Below, in pieces: positions 19,957 to 29,399 of a stretch of DNA of 46,449 nucleotides. The stretch is from Actinomycetota bacterium (GTDB taxonomy: Bacteria > Actinomycetota > Acidimicrobiia > Spongiisociales > UBA11373). The number at the start of each line of letters is the position of its first letter. Position 1 is the stretch's first letter. Under the pieces are notes generated by a model. The model had not been told where the DNA came from. It did no database searches and saw only the letters and a list, made by a program, of their open reading frames with translations. A program made the translations under genes and the position numbers. Where the stretch lies: assembly GCA_018821365.1 (NCBI GenBank), contig JAHJML010000003.1:1-46449 (forward strand). The letters are read 5' to 3'.

Positions 19957-21162
19957 CTACCCGGCGGTCATGCCTCCGGCGCCGGCCACCAGGGAGCACA
20001 TCTCGCGTTCGAGGTCGTCGAAGTGCTTCTCCCAGGACCACTTCTCGACGATGAAGGTGCGGGCGTGGGCCCCGATCGTGGTGCGCATCGCCTCGTCATG
20101 GAGCAGGGTGACCACGGCGGCGGCGAACTCCTCCGGGGTGTCGGCTACCAGCAGATCGCGGCCCGGTTGGGCACCGATCCCCTCGTTGGCGACCGAGGTG
20201 ACCACCATCGGCAGGCCCATCGACATTCCTTCCAGGATCTTGTTCTGGAGGCCCGCCCCCACCCGCAGCGGGTCGATGGCCACCCGGGCCCCGTCCAGGT
20301 AGGGGCGCAGGTCGGAAACCCGTCCGGTCACCTCGATGATGCCGTCGGCGGCCAACGCCAGCACCGACGGAAGGGGGTCGGCGCCCACCACCGTCAAGCG
20401 GGCATCCGGCACCTCCCGGCGCACCAGGGGGAGGATCTCCTCCACGAACCACGCGACCGCGTCGGCATTGGGCGGGTAGGCCATGTTCCCGGTGAAGACC
20501 AGGTGCCCGTCCCGTTCGGCACCCGCCCCGGTCGAAGAGAAGAAGCGGGAATCGACGCCGTGGGGGTTGATGAAGACGTTGGCCGGCCGGGGGGTGCCGA
20601 GGGCCGCCACGTCGTGCTCGGAGATGAGCAAGCAGCGGTCGAAGCGGCGGGCGATCTTCGGCTCGTACTTCCCCGCCCACCACGCCTCGACCCGGTAGAC
20701 CAGCCTCCGCACTGCACTCCTGTGGAACCGGGCGAGCCGGCCGTAGTTGAGCCGCATCGAGATCTGCATCGCCAGCACCTTGGGGCGGGGGTCGCCGGCC
20801 AGGTACTCGGCCATCCGAATGGTGTGGGAGTAGACGATGTCGGGCCGGAACTCCTCGATCACCCGGGCGACGGTGCGGCGCATCTGCGACGACGAGTAGT
20901 AGCCCACCTGGAGCGGCCTTCCCCGCAGCATGCCGAGGACGGCGCGCACATAGGAGCGCCACCGCGGCAGCGGCACCGTGTCGATCCGGGCGGCGGCGTC
21001 GTCGAGGTGGCGGCGATCGGCGGGGTCCTGGCCGGGTTCCAGGAAGGTCACCAGCGCCACGTCGTGGAGGCGCGAGAAGTGCCGGACCAGGTTGAAGACG
21101 GTGAGCCGGTCGCCCTTGTCCAACGGGTAGGGGAATCGGGGGGCCAGGACGAGGATCCTCAC
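19957..21162 (-). CDS. GT4 family glycosyltransferase
   Basis: 'RFPYPLDKGDRL', 'FTGNMAYPPNADA', 'GAGLQNKILEGMSMGLPMV'. Confidence 0.92.
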   Translation of the reverse strand: MRILVLAPRFPYPLDKGDRLTVFNLVRHFSRLHDVALVTFLEPGQDPADRRHLDDAAARIDTVPLPRWRSYVRAVLGMLRGRPLQVGYYSSSQMRRTVARVIEEFRPDIVYSHTIRMAEYLAGDPRPKVLAMQISMRLNYGRLARFHRSAVRRLVYRVEAWWAGKYEPKIARRFDRCLLISEHDVAALGTPRPANVFINPHGVDSRFFSSTGAGAERDGHLVFTGNMAYPPNADAVAWFVEEILPLVRREVPDARLTVVGADPLPSVLALAADGIIEVTGRVSDLRPYLDGARVAIDPLRVGAGLQNKILEGMSMGLPMVVTSVANEGIGAQPGRDLLVADTPEEFAAAVVTLLHDEAMRTTIGAHARTFIVEKWSWEKHFDDLEREMCSLVAGAGGMTAG

Positions 21163-21166
21163 CCCA

Positions 21167-22483
21167 TCACCACGAGATGCCCCGGTAGCCCGGCCCGAAC
21201 GACGACGGATCCTCCCCCACCCGGATCAGGTCGACCACGACGATCTCGCTCCCGAGACGGGCGGGGATGGCGGCGAAATCAGGGTCGGCGGTGCCGATCA
21301 CCACCACCTCGGCCCCGCCGATCACCTCGTCGATCTCATCGGACATCAGCGAGGCGATGTGAGGGATGGCCGTCTCGATGTACTCCTTGTTGGCGCCCAC
21401 CAGGCGAGCCAGGGAGACGTCCCTGTCGTAGATCTTGAGATCGAACCCCTTGCCGAGCAGCGCCTCGACCAGCATCACCATCGGACTCTCCCGCAGGTCG
21501 TCTGTGCCGGCCTTGAACGAGAACCCGAGGATGCCGACCTTCTTCTTGCCGGTCTCCACGATCATCTCGACACCCCGCCGCAGGTGCGCCTCGTTGCCGG
21601 GGAGGATCGAACCGAGCACCGGGAGGTCGAGGTCGTGGCTCTTGGCGGCGTGGAGAGCAGCCCTCAGGTCCTTGGGCAGGCACGACCCCCCGAAGGCGAA
21701 GCCGGGGCGCAAGTAGGCGCCGCTGATGTTGAGCCGGGTGTCCATCTTGAAGATGTCGAGCACCGAATAGGGGTCGACCCCCAGGCTCCGCAGCAGCACT
21801 CCCATCTCGTTGGCGAAGGAGATCTTGAGGGCGTGGAAGATGTTGCTGGCGTACTTGACGCCCTCCGCGACCCGCACCTCGGTTCGCACCAGGGGCGCTT
21901 CGATCTTCCGGTAGAGACCGGCCAGCGTCTCGCCGGAGCGCTCGTCGAACTCTCCGATCAGCGTGAACGGCGGGTTGGTGAAGTCGCGGACCGCATCGCC
22001 CTCCCGCAGGAACTCGGGGTTGACGGCCACCCCGAAGTCGGGGCCTGCCCGCTTGCCGCTGGCCTCCTCGAGGACCGGGACGACCTGCTCTTCGAGCGTC
22101 CCGGGCAGCATCGTGCTGCGGACGGCCACCACGTGGTAGTGCTCGACGACTGCCAGCGCCTCGCCGACCGTGCGGGTGGCGGCCAGCAGGTGCTCGAGGT
22201 CGAGGCTGCCGTTGGCCCGCGACGGGGTCCCCACGCAGATCAGCGAGATCTCGGTGACGGCGACGGCGTCCGCCGCCGATCCGGTCGCCCGCAGGCGCCC
22301 GGCGGCAACCGCCTCCGACAACCGCTCGGTGATCCCCTCCTCGATGATCGGCGACTCCCCCCCGCCGATCATCTCCGCCTTCAGCGGGTTGACGTCCACT
22401 CCGACGATCTGGTGGCCTGCGGCGGCCAGGCAAGCAGCAGTGGTGGTCCCCACGTAGCCCAGACCTATGACGGCGACACGCAT
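21167..22483 (-). CDS. Nucleotide-sugar dehydrogenase, GDP-mannose 6-dehydrogenase (AlgD)-like
   Basis: 'GLGYVG', 'ICVGTPS', 'NPEFLREG', 'PGFAFGGSCLPKD', 'SFKAGTDDLRESP'. ATG at 22483. Confidence 0.92.
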   Translation of the reverse strand: MRVAVIGLGYVGTTTAACLAAAGHQIVGVDVNPLKAEMIGGGESPIIEEGITERLSEAVAAGRLRATGSAADAVAVTEISLICVGTPSRANGSLDLEHLLAATRTVGEALAVVEHYHVVAVRSTMLPGTLEEQVVPVLEEASGKRAGPDFGVAVNPEFLREGDAVRDFTNPPFTLIGEFDERSGETLAGLYRKIEAPLVRTEVRVAEGVKYASNIFHALKISFANEMGVLLRSLGVDPYSVLDIFKMDTRLNISGAYLRPGFAFGGSCLPKDLRAALHAAKSHDLDLPVLGSILPGNEAHLRRGVEMIVETGKKKVGILGFSFKAGTDDLRESPMVMLVEALLGKGFDLKIYDRDVSLARLVGANKEYIETAIPHIASLMSDEIDEVIGGAEVVVIGTADPDFAAIPARLGSEIVVVDLIRVGEDPSSFGPGYRGISW

Positions 22484-22547
22484 CCTTCGGAAACCTCCGT
22501 GGCGCGAGCGTAGCGGGGCGGGGTATGAGGAAGACAACGGTCCCGAA

Positions 22548-23489
22548 ATGGAGGAAGATGGGGACGACCAACATGTGGGAGAGGTGGTGGACAGAGCGAC
22601 CTTCGTGACTCTGGCCGAACCGGGTACCGGCGCCCTGCAGGCACTCCTGCTTGCCAGGAGCATCCGCGAATTTGGTGGAACCGTGGCCCAGGAGCCGATC
22701 TGGGCACTGGTCCCCGACGGGGGCAGGCGCATCACCCGTCTGGTCGCCGCCGAATTCGAGGAGCTCGGGGTCCGACTCCAGCCGTTCCCCATCGACGCCA
22801 GGGGTCGGGAGATCCCCTTCGCCGTCAAGGCCGCCGCCGCCGCCCATGCCGAGGCCCTGGTGGACACCGACCTCCTCGTCTGGCTGGACCCCGACGTGCT
22901 CGTCGTCGGCGGCGCCGGGGAGTTCCTGATCGGCGACAACACCGCACTCGGGTACCGGCCCGTCCATCATCGGCTCATCGGGATGGATGCCGACGCCCCC
23001 ATGGACGGGTTCTGGGACCTCGTCCTGATGGAGTGTGGGGTGTCCGAGAACCGCCTCTTCCGCATGTACACCAACGTCGGTGAACGGATCAAGGCCTACT
23101 TCAATGCCGGCGTCTTCGCAGTGCGTCCCGAGCGCGGCTTGCTGCAGACGTGGAACCAGACGCTGCTCACGCTGGCGCGGCAACCCGCCGTCACCGCCTA
23201 CACCCGCCACGAGACCATCTACGAGACCTTCCTCCACCAGGTGGCGTGGACCGCCGTCCTGTTGCGGCATCTGGAGCGCTCCGAGATGACCGAACTCAGC
23301 CCCGCCATCAACTACCCACTCCATCTCCACGAGCAGATCCCCGCCGGTCGGCGGGCCATGTCGCTGCAGCGCCTGGTCGCGGTGCGCACCGAGAACATGC
23401 TGCTCGACCCCGAATGGCAGGAGCGAATGCCGATCCTTGGACCGTTGGCGCCGTGGTTGCAGACGCAACCCTTGCTGGCGTCGCGGTGA
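22548..23489 (+). CDS. Putative GT-A fold (GT8-like) glycosyltransferase
   Basis: 'LLARSIR', DxD 'WLDPDVL', 'YFNAGV', 'HQ', 'NYP'. Start may be GTG 22584. Confidence 0.6.
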   Translation: MEEDGDDQHVGEVVDRATFVTLAEPGTGALQALLLARSIREFGGTVAQEPIWALVPDGGRRITRLVAAEFEELGVRLQPFPIDARGREIPFAVKAAAAAHAEALVDTDLLVWLDPDVLVVGGAGEFLIGDNTALGYRPVHHRLIGMDADAPMDGFWDLVLMECGVSENRLFRMYTNVGERIKAYFNAGVFAVRPERGLLQTWNQTLLTLARQPAVTAYTRHETIYETFLHQVAWTAVLLRHLERSEMTELSPAINYPLHLHEQIPAGRRAMSLQRLVAVRTENMLLDPEWQERMPILGPLAPWLQTQPLLASR

Positions 23490-24934
23490 CCACCTCGGAC
23501 CCCGCCGGACCATTCGGCATCTGCGCCGATTGCGGCGCCATCGTCCCCGGAGATAGGCAGCGGTGCGCACTCTGCCGGAGTGACCCCCTTCCGCAGCCAG
23601 ACCCTGCCACCGGCGACATCCCCCACCCGGGGCTGCGGCACCCCTACCGGCCCGCCGGGACGCTGGCGATCGCCCTCCGGATGATGTTCTCGGCATGGCT
23701 GATCCTGGAGGCGTTTGCCGTCGGCTCGCTGATCGTCCTCTACCGGGTCGTCGATGCCCTCGCCGCCAACCCCTTTGCATACGCCTTCGAGACCTTCGAT
23801 CGGCAACTCGGCATCTGGGATTCGATTTCAGTCGTCGAGGTCGGTTTCACGGTGGTTCTCGCCTTCCTGTTCATCAGTTGGATGTTCCGCGCCTACGGCA
23901 ATCTGCCGGCTCTAGGGGCGCTCGATCCGAGCTACGTCCGCGGCTGGGCGATCGGTGGTTGGTTCATCCCAATCGGCAATCTATGGATACCAAAGAGGAT
24001 CGCCGATGACATCTGGCGGTCTTCGGGATCCGACGTGCGGGCGGGTCGCGGCTGGCGACTCGAACCGGTCGACCTGCGAGTCCACCTGTGGTGGGTATCG
24101 TTCGTGGTCGGCCGCATCGTCCTCTCGGTCGCAAATGCCAGCGTCGACGATGGGGCGACTCCGGGAGCAATACGCAATGCCCTCGTGTGGTTGCTGGCCG
24201 GGGTGGTGCTCGAAATGGCGGCGGCGGTTCTGGCGATCTGGCTGGTCTGCACCGCCAGTGCCCGCCAGGCCACCCGGGTGGCCGCCACCGGCCGGTCGGT
24301 GGCCGATCGCCGGCCGACCAGGCGGCTCGGTTGGCACCTGGCCGCCACCCCGATCACGGCCGCCGCCATCGCGTTCGCCGGGTACCTGGTCTTCGACATC
24401 GGCGCTCCGGTGGCGTCGGCCGGGGCGGCGCAGGGGGATGGAACGGCCCGATACGAGGGGTACGGGATCTCCTTCGCATACGACGACTCGTTCACCGCCG
24501 TCGAACTGGGCCTCATCGGCGACACCCCCAGCGAATCTGAGGGATCGGTGATCATGGCGACACCCGATCAGAGCACGGTCGCAGTGGTGACCTGGGTCGA
24601 GATACCCGCCGGCCGATTCGATCCCGAGAGTGCCGTCGACCTGATCATCGACAACGCCGCCGACATGCTCGGAGACGATCCGTTGGTGGTGAGGGGCGCC
24701 GCCGTCGAACTCACCGGGGGGCCGGCCACCTTCCTCGCCAAGACCTTCCGGGTCGACGGCGACCTCGGGTTCCTCTCGGGCGCGGTGGCGGCGGGGACCT
24801 GCGCCGGGGATCGACGGGGCATTCAGATGGCTCTGCTCGAGGACGGGGTCATGCACATCGACGCTGCCGGGGAAGAGGGCGCCAACCCGCACCTGCAGGA
24901 ACTGAGGGCAATCCTGGCGACCCTCGACTGCTGA
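23486..24934 (+). CDS. DUF4328 membrane protein with N-terminal Zn-ribbon and C-terminal extracellular domain
   Basis: GTGA overlap with the upstream gene; CxxC...CxxC; 'FISWMFRAYGNL', 'GWAIGGWFIPIGNLWIP...IWRSS', 'LWW'. Confidence 0.85.
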   Translation: MTTSDPAGPFGICADCGAIVPGDRQRCALCRSDPLPQPDPATGDIPHPGLRHPYRPAGTLAIALRMMFSAWLILEAFAVGSLIVLYRVVDALAANPFAYAFETFDRQLGIWDSISVVEVGFTVVLAFLFISWMFRAYGNLPALGALDPSYVRGWAIGGWFIPIGNLWIPKRIADDIWRSSGSDVRAGRGWRLEPVDLRVHLWWVSFVVGRIVLSVANASVDDGATPGAIRNALVWLLAGVVLEMAAAVLAIWLVCTASARQATRVAATGRSVADRRPTRRLGWHLAATPITAAAIAFAGYLVFDIGAPVASAGAAQGDGTARYEGYGISFAYDDSFTAVELGLIGDTPSESEGSVIMATPDQSTVAVVTWVEIPAGRFDPESAVDLIIDNAADMLGDDPLVVRGAAVELTGGPATFLAKTFRVDGDLGFLSGAVAAGTCAGDRRGIQMALLEDGVMHIDAAGEEGANPHLQELRAILATLDC

Positions 24935-24936
24935 GG

Positions 24937-25422
24937 TCAGAGCGACCCGGTCGACACGCCGTCCCAGCGGCTCACTTCGGCCGCCAGATCGAGCGGTTCG
25001 ACGATCGCCTTATGTTCGTGCTCGCCCCAAGCGTCCCGGGGCAGCAGCCACATGATCTCGAACTCGTTGCCGTCGGGATCGGCCCCGTAGAGGCTCTTGG
25101 TGGCTCCGTGGGAGGACTCCCCGGTCAGCGCCCCGGCCTCGAGGAGTGTCCGCCTCGCCTCGACGAGGCCGCCGATGGTGTCGACCTGCCAGGCCAGGTG
25201 GTAGAGGCCGATGCCGCCGCGGACCTTCGGTGCAGCCGCCGGCCCGACACCGAACAACCCGAGGTCGTGGTGGTTTGCGGAACCGGGCGCCCTCAGGAAG
25301 GCGGCGTTGGCGCGCGGTTCGGTGGCAACGACTTCGAACCCGAACACCGATCGGTAGAAGCCCAGTGACTCCTCCAGGTCGCTGACGAACAGGACGGCAT
25401 GGTTGAGACGGGTGATCTGCAC
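24937..25422 (-). CDS. VOC/glyoxalase family protein
   Basis: 'RLNHAVLFVSDL', 'NHHDLGLF', 'GLYHLAW', 'SLYGADPDGNEFE'. Confidence 0.92.
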   Translation of the reverse strand: MQITRLNHAVLFVSDLEESLGFYRSVFGFEVVATEPRANAAFLRAPGSANHHDLGLFGVGPAAAPKVRGGIGLYHLAWQVDTIGGLVEARRTLLEAGALTGESSHGATKSLYGADPDGNEFEIMWLLPRDAWGEHEHKAIVEPLDLAAEVSRWDGVSTGSL

Positions 25423-25475
25423 GGCTCTCCTCGGGTCGCCCCAACCTCAACCCCCGGGCGGGGCGTGCTGTTCCC

Positions 25476-26537
25476 TCAGGCCCCCGCCAGGCCGAGGTAG
25501 AAGGCCCGGACCTCGCCGGCCGGCCAGACCAGGCTCCCGGCGATCTCGGCGGCGTGCTCCCGGGCGGCGGCCCGGATGCCGGCATCGGCGGCGATCTCCT
25601 CGATGGCCCGGGCCGTCGCGGCGGCGTCGCCGGGCGGCACCAGGCGGACCGCCTGGTAGCCCTCCATGGCCGCCTCGATGCCGGGCAAGCGGGAAGCCAC
25701 CACCGGGACCCCGATCCCGAGGTACTCCCACAGCTTGGTCGGCTGCGACCAGCGGTTGTTGGGGACGTCGGCCATCAGCGCAAGACCCACCGTCCCGGCC
25801 GCGGCGATCTCCATCGCCTCCCGATGGGGTAGCGGGCCGGTGAGCCGCAGTTCGACGCCGAGGCGGAGCGCACGTGCCTGCAACTCGGCGGTGGCGGCGC
25901 CGGTGACCCTCCCCACCATGACCAGGGGGAGAGGACGCTCCATGGCGCCGGCCGCCTCCACCATCAGCGCCGCCCCCCGGTACTCGTTGACCACCCCCAC
26001 GTAGGCCAGGTAGCCACCGTCGCCGGCCGGGGCCGGGAGCGCCCCCTCGGCCGGGTAGTTGGGGAACACCGGGTGCTGCTCCCGGAACAGCACCCGGTAT
26101 CCGTCCTCGGCCAGCGTCACCACCAGGAACCGCTCGGCCAACCGCAGGAAACGGTGGGCCAGCCAGGCGACCGGGCGTCGCAGCGGCCTCCACACCCAGT
26201 CCTTGTGGAGGATCTGCCCGGGCACGTGCTCGTGGACGTCCACCACCACCACCCGTCTCCGCAGCAACCGGGCCAGCAGGGCGGCGGGGATCAACTCGGG
26301 GTCGTGGATCGACACGACGTCGTAGACCCCCGACGACATCAAGCGCAGCCCCCGCCACCACCGGCGGATCCGGTTGCCGGGCAGTTCGATCCAGGTGTGA
26401 TCGTCCTGCCGGGCCGGGCCCGGCGCCCGCGTCGCGTAGTCCACCTCGAACACCTCGGCGAGCGACGCCAGGGTGCGCTCCCTGACCCGGGGATCGTCCG
26501 GGTCGTGGATGGTGGTCAGCACCAGCAGGCGCTTCAT
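25476..26537 (-). CDS. GT4 family glycosyltransferase
   Basis: 'HDPDDPRV', 'HDPEL', 'DVHE', 'SQPTKLWEYLGIGVPVVAS'. Confidence 0.9.
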   Translation of the reverse strand: MKRLLVLTTIHDPDDPRVRERTLASLAEVFEVDYATRAPGPARQDDHTWIELPGNRIRRWWRGLRLMSSGVYDVVSIHDPELIPAALLARLLRRRVVVVDVHEHVPGQILHKDWVWRPLRRPVAWLAHRFLRLAERFLVVTLAEDGYRVLFREQHPVFPNYPAEGALPAPAGDGGYLAYVGVVNEYRGAALMVEAAGAMERPLPLVMVGRVTGAATAELQARALRLGVELRLTGPLPHREAMEIAAAGTVGLALMADVPNNRWSQPTKLWEYLGIGVPVVASRLPGIEAAMEGYQAVRLVPPGDAAATARAIEEIAADAGIRAAAREHAAEIAGSLVWPAGEVRAFYLGLAGA

Positions 26538-26540
26538 CGG

Positions 26541-28067
26541 CTAGCCGAACTCGATGCCCTGGGCGAGGGGGAGGTCGGTGCTCCAGTTGATGGTGTTGGT
26601 CTGGCGGCGCATGTAGGCCTTCCAGGAGTCCGACCCGGACTCGCGGCCGCCGCCGGTCTCCTTCTCGCCGCCGAACGCCCCTCCGATCTCGGCGCCCGAG
26701 GTGCCGATGTTGACGTTGGCTATGCCGCAGTCGGACCCCTCGACGCTCAGGAATCGCTCGGCCGCCCGCATCGAGTCGGTGAAGATCGACGACGAGAGGC
26801 CCTGGGCCACTCCATTTTGGACCGCGATCGCCTCGTCGAGGTCGGCTACCTCGATCACGTAGAGGATCGGCGCAAACGTTTCGACGCGGGTGATCTCGGC
26901 GTCCTTGTCGATCTCGATGATGGTCGGTTCGACGAACCACCCGTCGAGGCCGGCGACCTCGGCCCTCCCCCCGCCGGTCAGCACCCTGCCGCCCTGAGCC
27001 CTGGCGGCGTCGACGGCCGCCATCATGGTGTGGACGGCCTGCTCGTTGACCAGGGGGCCCATCAGGACGCCCGGTTCGAGGGGGTCGCCGATCTCGACCT
27101 GCCGGTAGGCATCCACCAGACGCCCGACCACCTCGTCCTTGATGCCCGACTGGATGATGAGACGGCGGGTGCTGGTGCAGCGCTGCCCGGCCGTCCCCAC
27201 CGCTCCGAACAGCACCGCCCTGGTGACCATGTCGACATCGGCATCGTCGAGCACGGTGACGGCGTTGTTGCCCCCCAACTCCAGCAGCGACCTGCCGAGG
27301 CGCTTGGCAACCGCCACCCCCACCTTCTCGCCCATGTTGCACGACCCGGTGGCCGAGATCAGCGGCACCCTCCGGTCGTTGATCAGCCGATCGCCGATGG
27401 TGCGCCCGCTGCCGACCAGCAGGTTGAAGACGCCCTCGTACCCGGTCCCCGCCATCACCTGATGGGCGATCCTGGTGACGGCGATCGAGGTCAGCGGCAC
27501 CTGGGAAGAGGGCTTCCAGATGTTCGTGTCGCCGCACACCGCCGCCAGGAACGAGTTCCACGACCAGACCGCCACCGGGAAGTTGAAGGCCGAGATGATC
27601 CCGACCGGACCGAGTGGGTGCCACTGCTCGTACATGCGGTGGCCGGGACGCTCCGAGTGCATGGTCAGGCCGTACAACTGGCGGGAGAGGCCGACGGCGA
27701 AGTCGGCGACGTCGATCATCTCCTGGACCTCGCCCTCCCCCTCGGCGGCGATCTTGCCCATCTCCAGGGCGACCAGGGCACCGAGCGCCTGCTTGTTCTC
27801 CCGCAAGGCGTTGCCGATCTCGCGCACGTAGCCGCCCCGCACCGGGGCGGGAACCGTCCGCCACCGCAGGAAGGTCTCCCGACTGCTGGCGACGATGCGC
27901 TCGTAGTCGGCCTCGTCGGCCGTCTTCACCGTGGCGATGATCCCGGCGGTCGCCGGATTCTCGACGGTGAGTTCGGGGCCGGAACCGTCGAGCCACCCGC
28001 CGGCAAACGCCCCCGAGTTGACGTCTTCGAGGCCGAGGGCGCTGAAGATCTCATCCCGTTGCATCAT
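26541..28067 (-). CDS. Aldehyde dehydrogenase, ALDH7/piperideine-6-carboxylate dehydrogenase-like
   Basis: 'EGEGEVQEMID', 'SERPGHRMYEQWHPLG', 'LELGGNNA', 'GTAGQRCT', 'GGEKETGGGRESGSD'. Confidence 0.95.
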   Translation of the reverse strand: MMQRDEIFSALGLEDVNSGAFAGGWLDGSGPELTVENPATAGIIATVKTADEADYERIVASSRETFLRWRTVPAPVRGGYVREIGNALRENKQALGALVALEMGKIAAEGEGEVQEMIDVADFAVGLSRQLYGLTMHSERPGHRMYEQWHPLGPVGIISAFNFPVAVWSWNSFLAAVCGDTNIWKPSSQVPLTSIAVTRIAHQVMAGTGYEGVFNLLVGSGRTIGDRLINDRRVPLISATGSCNMGEKVGVAVAKRLGRSLLELGGNNAVTVLDDADVDMVTRAVLFGAVGTAGQRCTSTRRLIIQSGIKDEVVGRLVDAYRQVEIGDPLEPGVLMGPLVNEQAVHTMMAAVDAARAQGGRVLTGGGRAEVAGLDGWFVEPTIIEIDKDAEITRVETFAPILYVIEVADLDEAIAVQNGVAQGLSSSIFTDSMRAAERFLSVEGSDCGIANVNIGTSGAEIGGAFGGEKETGGGRESGSDSWKAYMRRQTNTINWSTDLPLAQGIEFG

Positions 28068-28077
28068 GGTGCTCCTC

Positions 28078-28458
28078 TCAGCGGGCGGCGATCACTTCGA
28101 TCTCGACCAGGAAGCCGCCGGGGAGGGCCCCGACTTCGACCGTGGACCGAGCAGGCGGGGCGGCCGGGAAGTAGCCGCCGTACACCTCGTTGACGACCGG
28201 GAAGTCGGCCATGTCGTCGAGGAAGATGGTGGTCTTGACGATGTCGTCGTAGCCGAGGCCGAGATCCCCGAGGATGCCGCCGAGGTTGTCCATGATGCGG
28301 GCAGCCTGAACACCCACGTCACCGTCGACGCGGCTGCCGGTGGCGGGATCGATCGCCACCTGGCCGGAGACGAATACGAGGCCGGCGGCTTCGGTGACCG
28401 TCGAGTAGGGACCGAGTGGCGTGACGCCACTGGGTACGGGGGGAACCAGTTTGGGCAT
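28078..28458 (-). CDS. RidA/Rid family enamine-imine deaminase
   Basis: 'LGPYS', 'VFVSGQ', 'VKTTIFL', 'NEVY', 'PARSTVEV..LP...VEIE'; GGAGG RBS. Confidence 0.92.
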   Translation of the reverse strand: MPKLVPPVPSGVTPLGPYSTVTEAAGLVFVSGQVAIDPATGSRVDGDVGVQAARIMDNLGGILGDLGLGYDDIVKTTIFLDDMADFPVVNEVYGGYFPAAPPARSTVEVGALPGGFLVEIEVIAAR

Positions 28459-28535
28459 GGGGGCCTCCACGGGCGATGGCGGTGCGCCTTCAGGGTAATC
28501 CGTGCCACCGAGCGCTCTCTGTCCCCACCGGTTCG

Positions 28536-28910
28536 CCTCTCTCCCGCGCAGCGGGGGAGATGGGTCCGGCCGAACAGGCCGGAGCCAGAGGGGGGCGGTT
28601 CTCTTCCAAAAGCACCCTCACCGCGCCACCCCCACCCCCTCTGCCCCTCCGGGGCATCTCCCCCGCCCCAGGGCGGGAGAGAAGGGAAAGCCGTCCGATG
28701 AGCGAGCCGGGCGGTCTTCCTCTCTCCCGCGCAGCGGGGGAGATGGGTCCGGCCGAACAGGCCGGAGCCAGAGGGGGCAGCCGGAGCCAGAGGGGGCAGC
28801 CGGGGCCAGGAGGGCACCCTCACCGCGCCACCCCCACCCCCTCTGCCCCTCCGGGGCATCTCCCCCGCCCCAGGGCGGGAGAGAAGGGAAAGCCGTCCGA
28901 TGAGCGAGCC
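28536..28910. repeat. Tandem duplication of an inverted pair of REP-like double-hairpin elements
   Basis: Two near-identical units of about 180-190 bp (from about 28536 and about 28719). Each has a minus-oriented element, then a plus-oriented element, and ends in AAGGGAAAGCCGTCCGATGAGCGAGCCG. Confidence 0.92.
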
Positions 28911-28920
28911 GCCAGAGGGC

Positions 28921-29280
28921 TTAGGAGAAGGAGTTGCCGCAGCCGCAGGCGCGGCTGACATTGGGGTTGTTGATGGCGAATCCGGCGCCCTGCAGACCGT
29001 CCTTGTAGTCGATCTCGGCGCCGTCGAGCATCGTCATGCTCTCGGCGTCCACCGCTACCGAGACCCCGCCGAACTCGCTGATGATGTCGTCGTCGTTGCG
29101 CTCGGTGTCGAAGAACATCTCGTAGGAGAATCCCGAGCACCCGCCGGGACGCACCCCCACCCGCAGCATCAACGAGGTGTCGCCCTCGGCCTCGATCAAC
29201 TGGGCCACCTTGGCGGCGGCGGCATCGGTGAGCGTCACCATGGGGTCGGCCTTGCGAGTGGTGATCGAGATCGGCTGCAT
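28921..29280 (-). CDS. erpA: A-type Fe-S carrier (ErpA/IscA/HesB family)
   Basis: 'LRVGVRPGGCSGFSY', 'GFAINNPN', 'CGCGNSF'; GAGGAG RBS. Confidence 0.93.
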   Translation of the reverse strand: MQPISITTRKADPMVTLTDAAAAKVAQLIEAEGDTSLMLRVGVRPGGCSGFSYEMFFDTERNDDDIISEFGGVSVAVDAESMTMLDGAEIDYKDGLQGAGFAINNPNVSRACGCGNSFS

Positions 29281-29399
29281 GGGGAAGGCTCCTCGGACGG
29301 TGTGGGCAGCGAGTATATCTCCATCGACCCGGTAGTTACCACCACGGTGTTAGTGGGAATCATTTCGGCTAGGGCCCGGAGCGCTCTACGGTGCCCCTG

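Noticed and set aside
24929-24940. Cys-TGA-Gly at the end of the DUF4328 gene as a selenocysteine (CUG-like) motif
   Set aside because: Readthrough would run antisense into the VOC gene, no SECIS-like hairpin was evident, and the terminal Cys is better explained as a disulfide partner.
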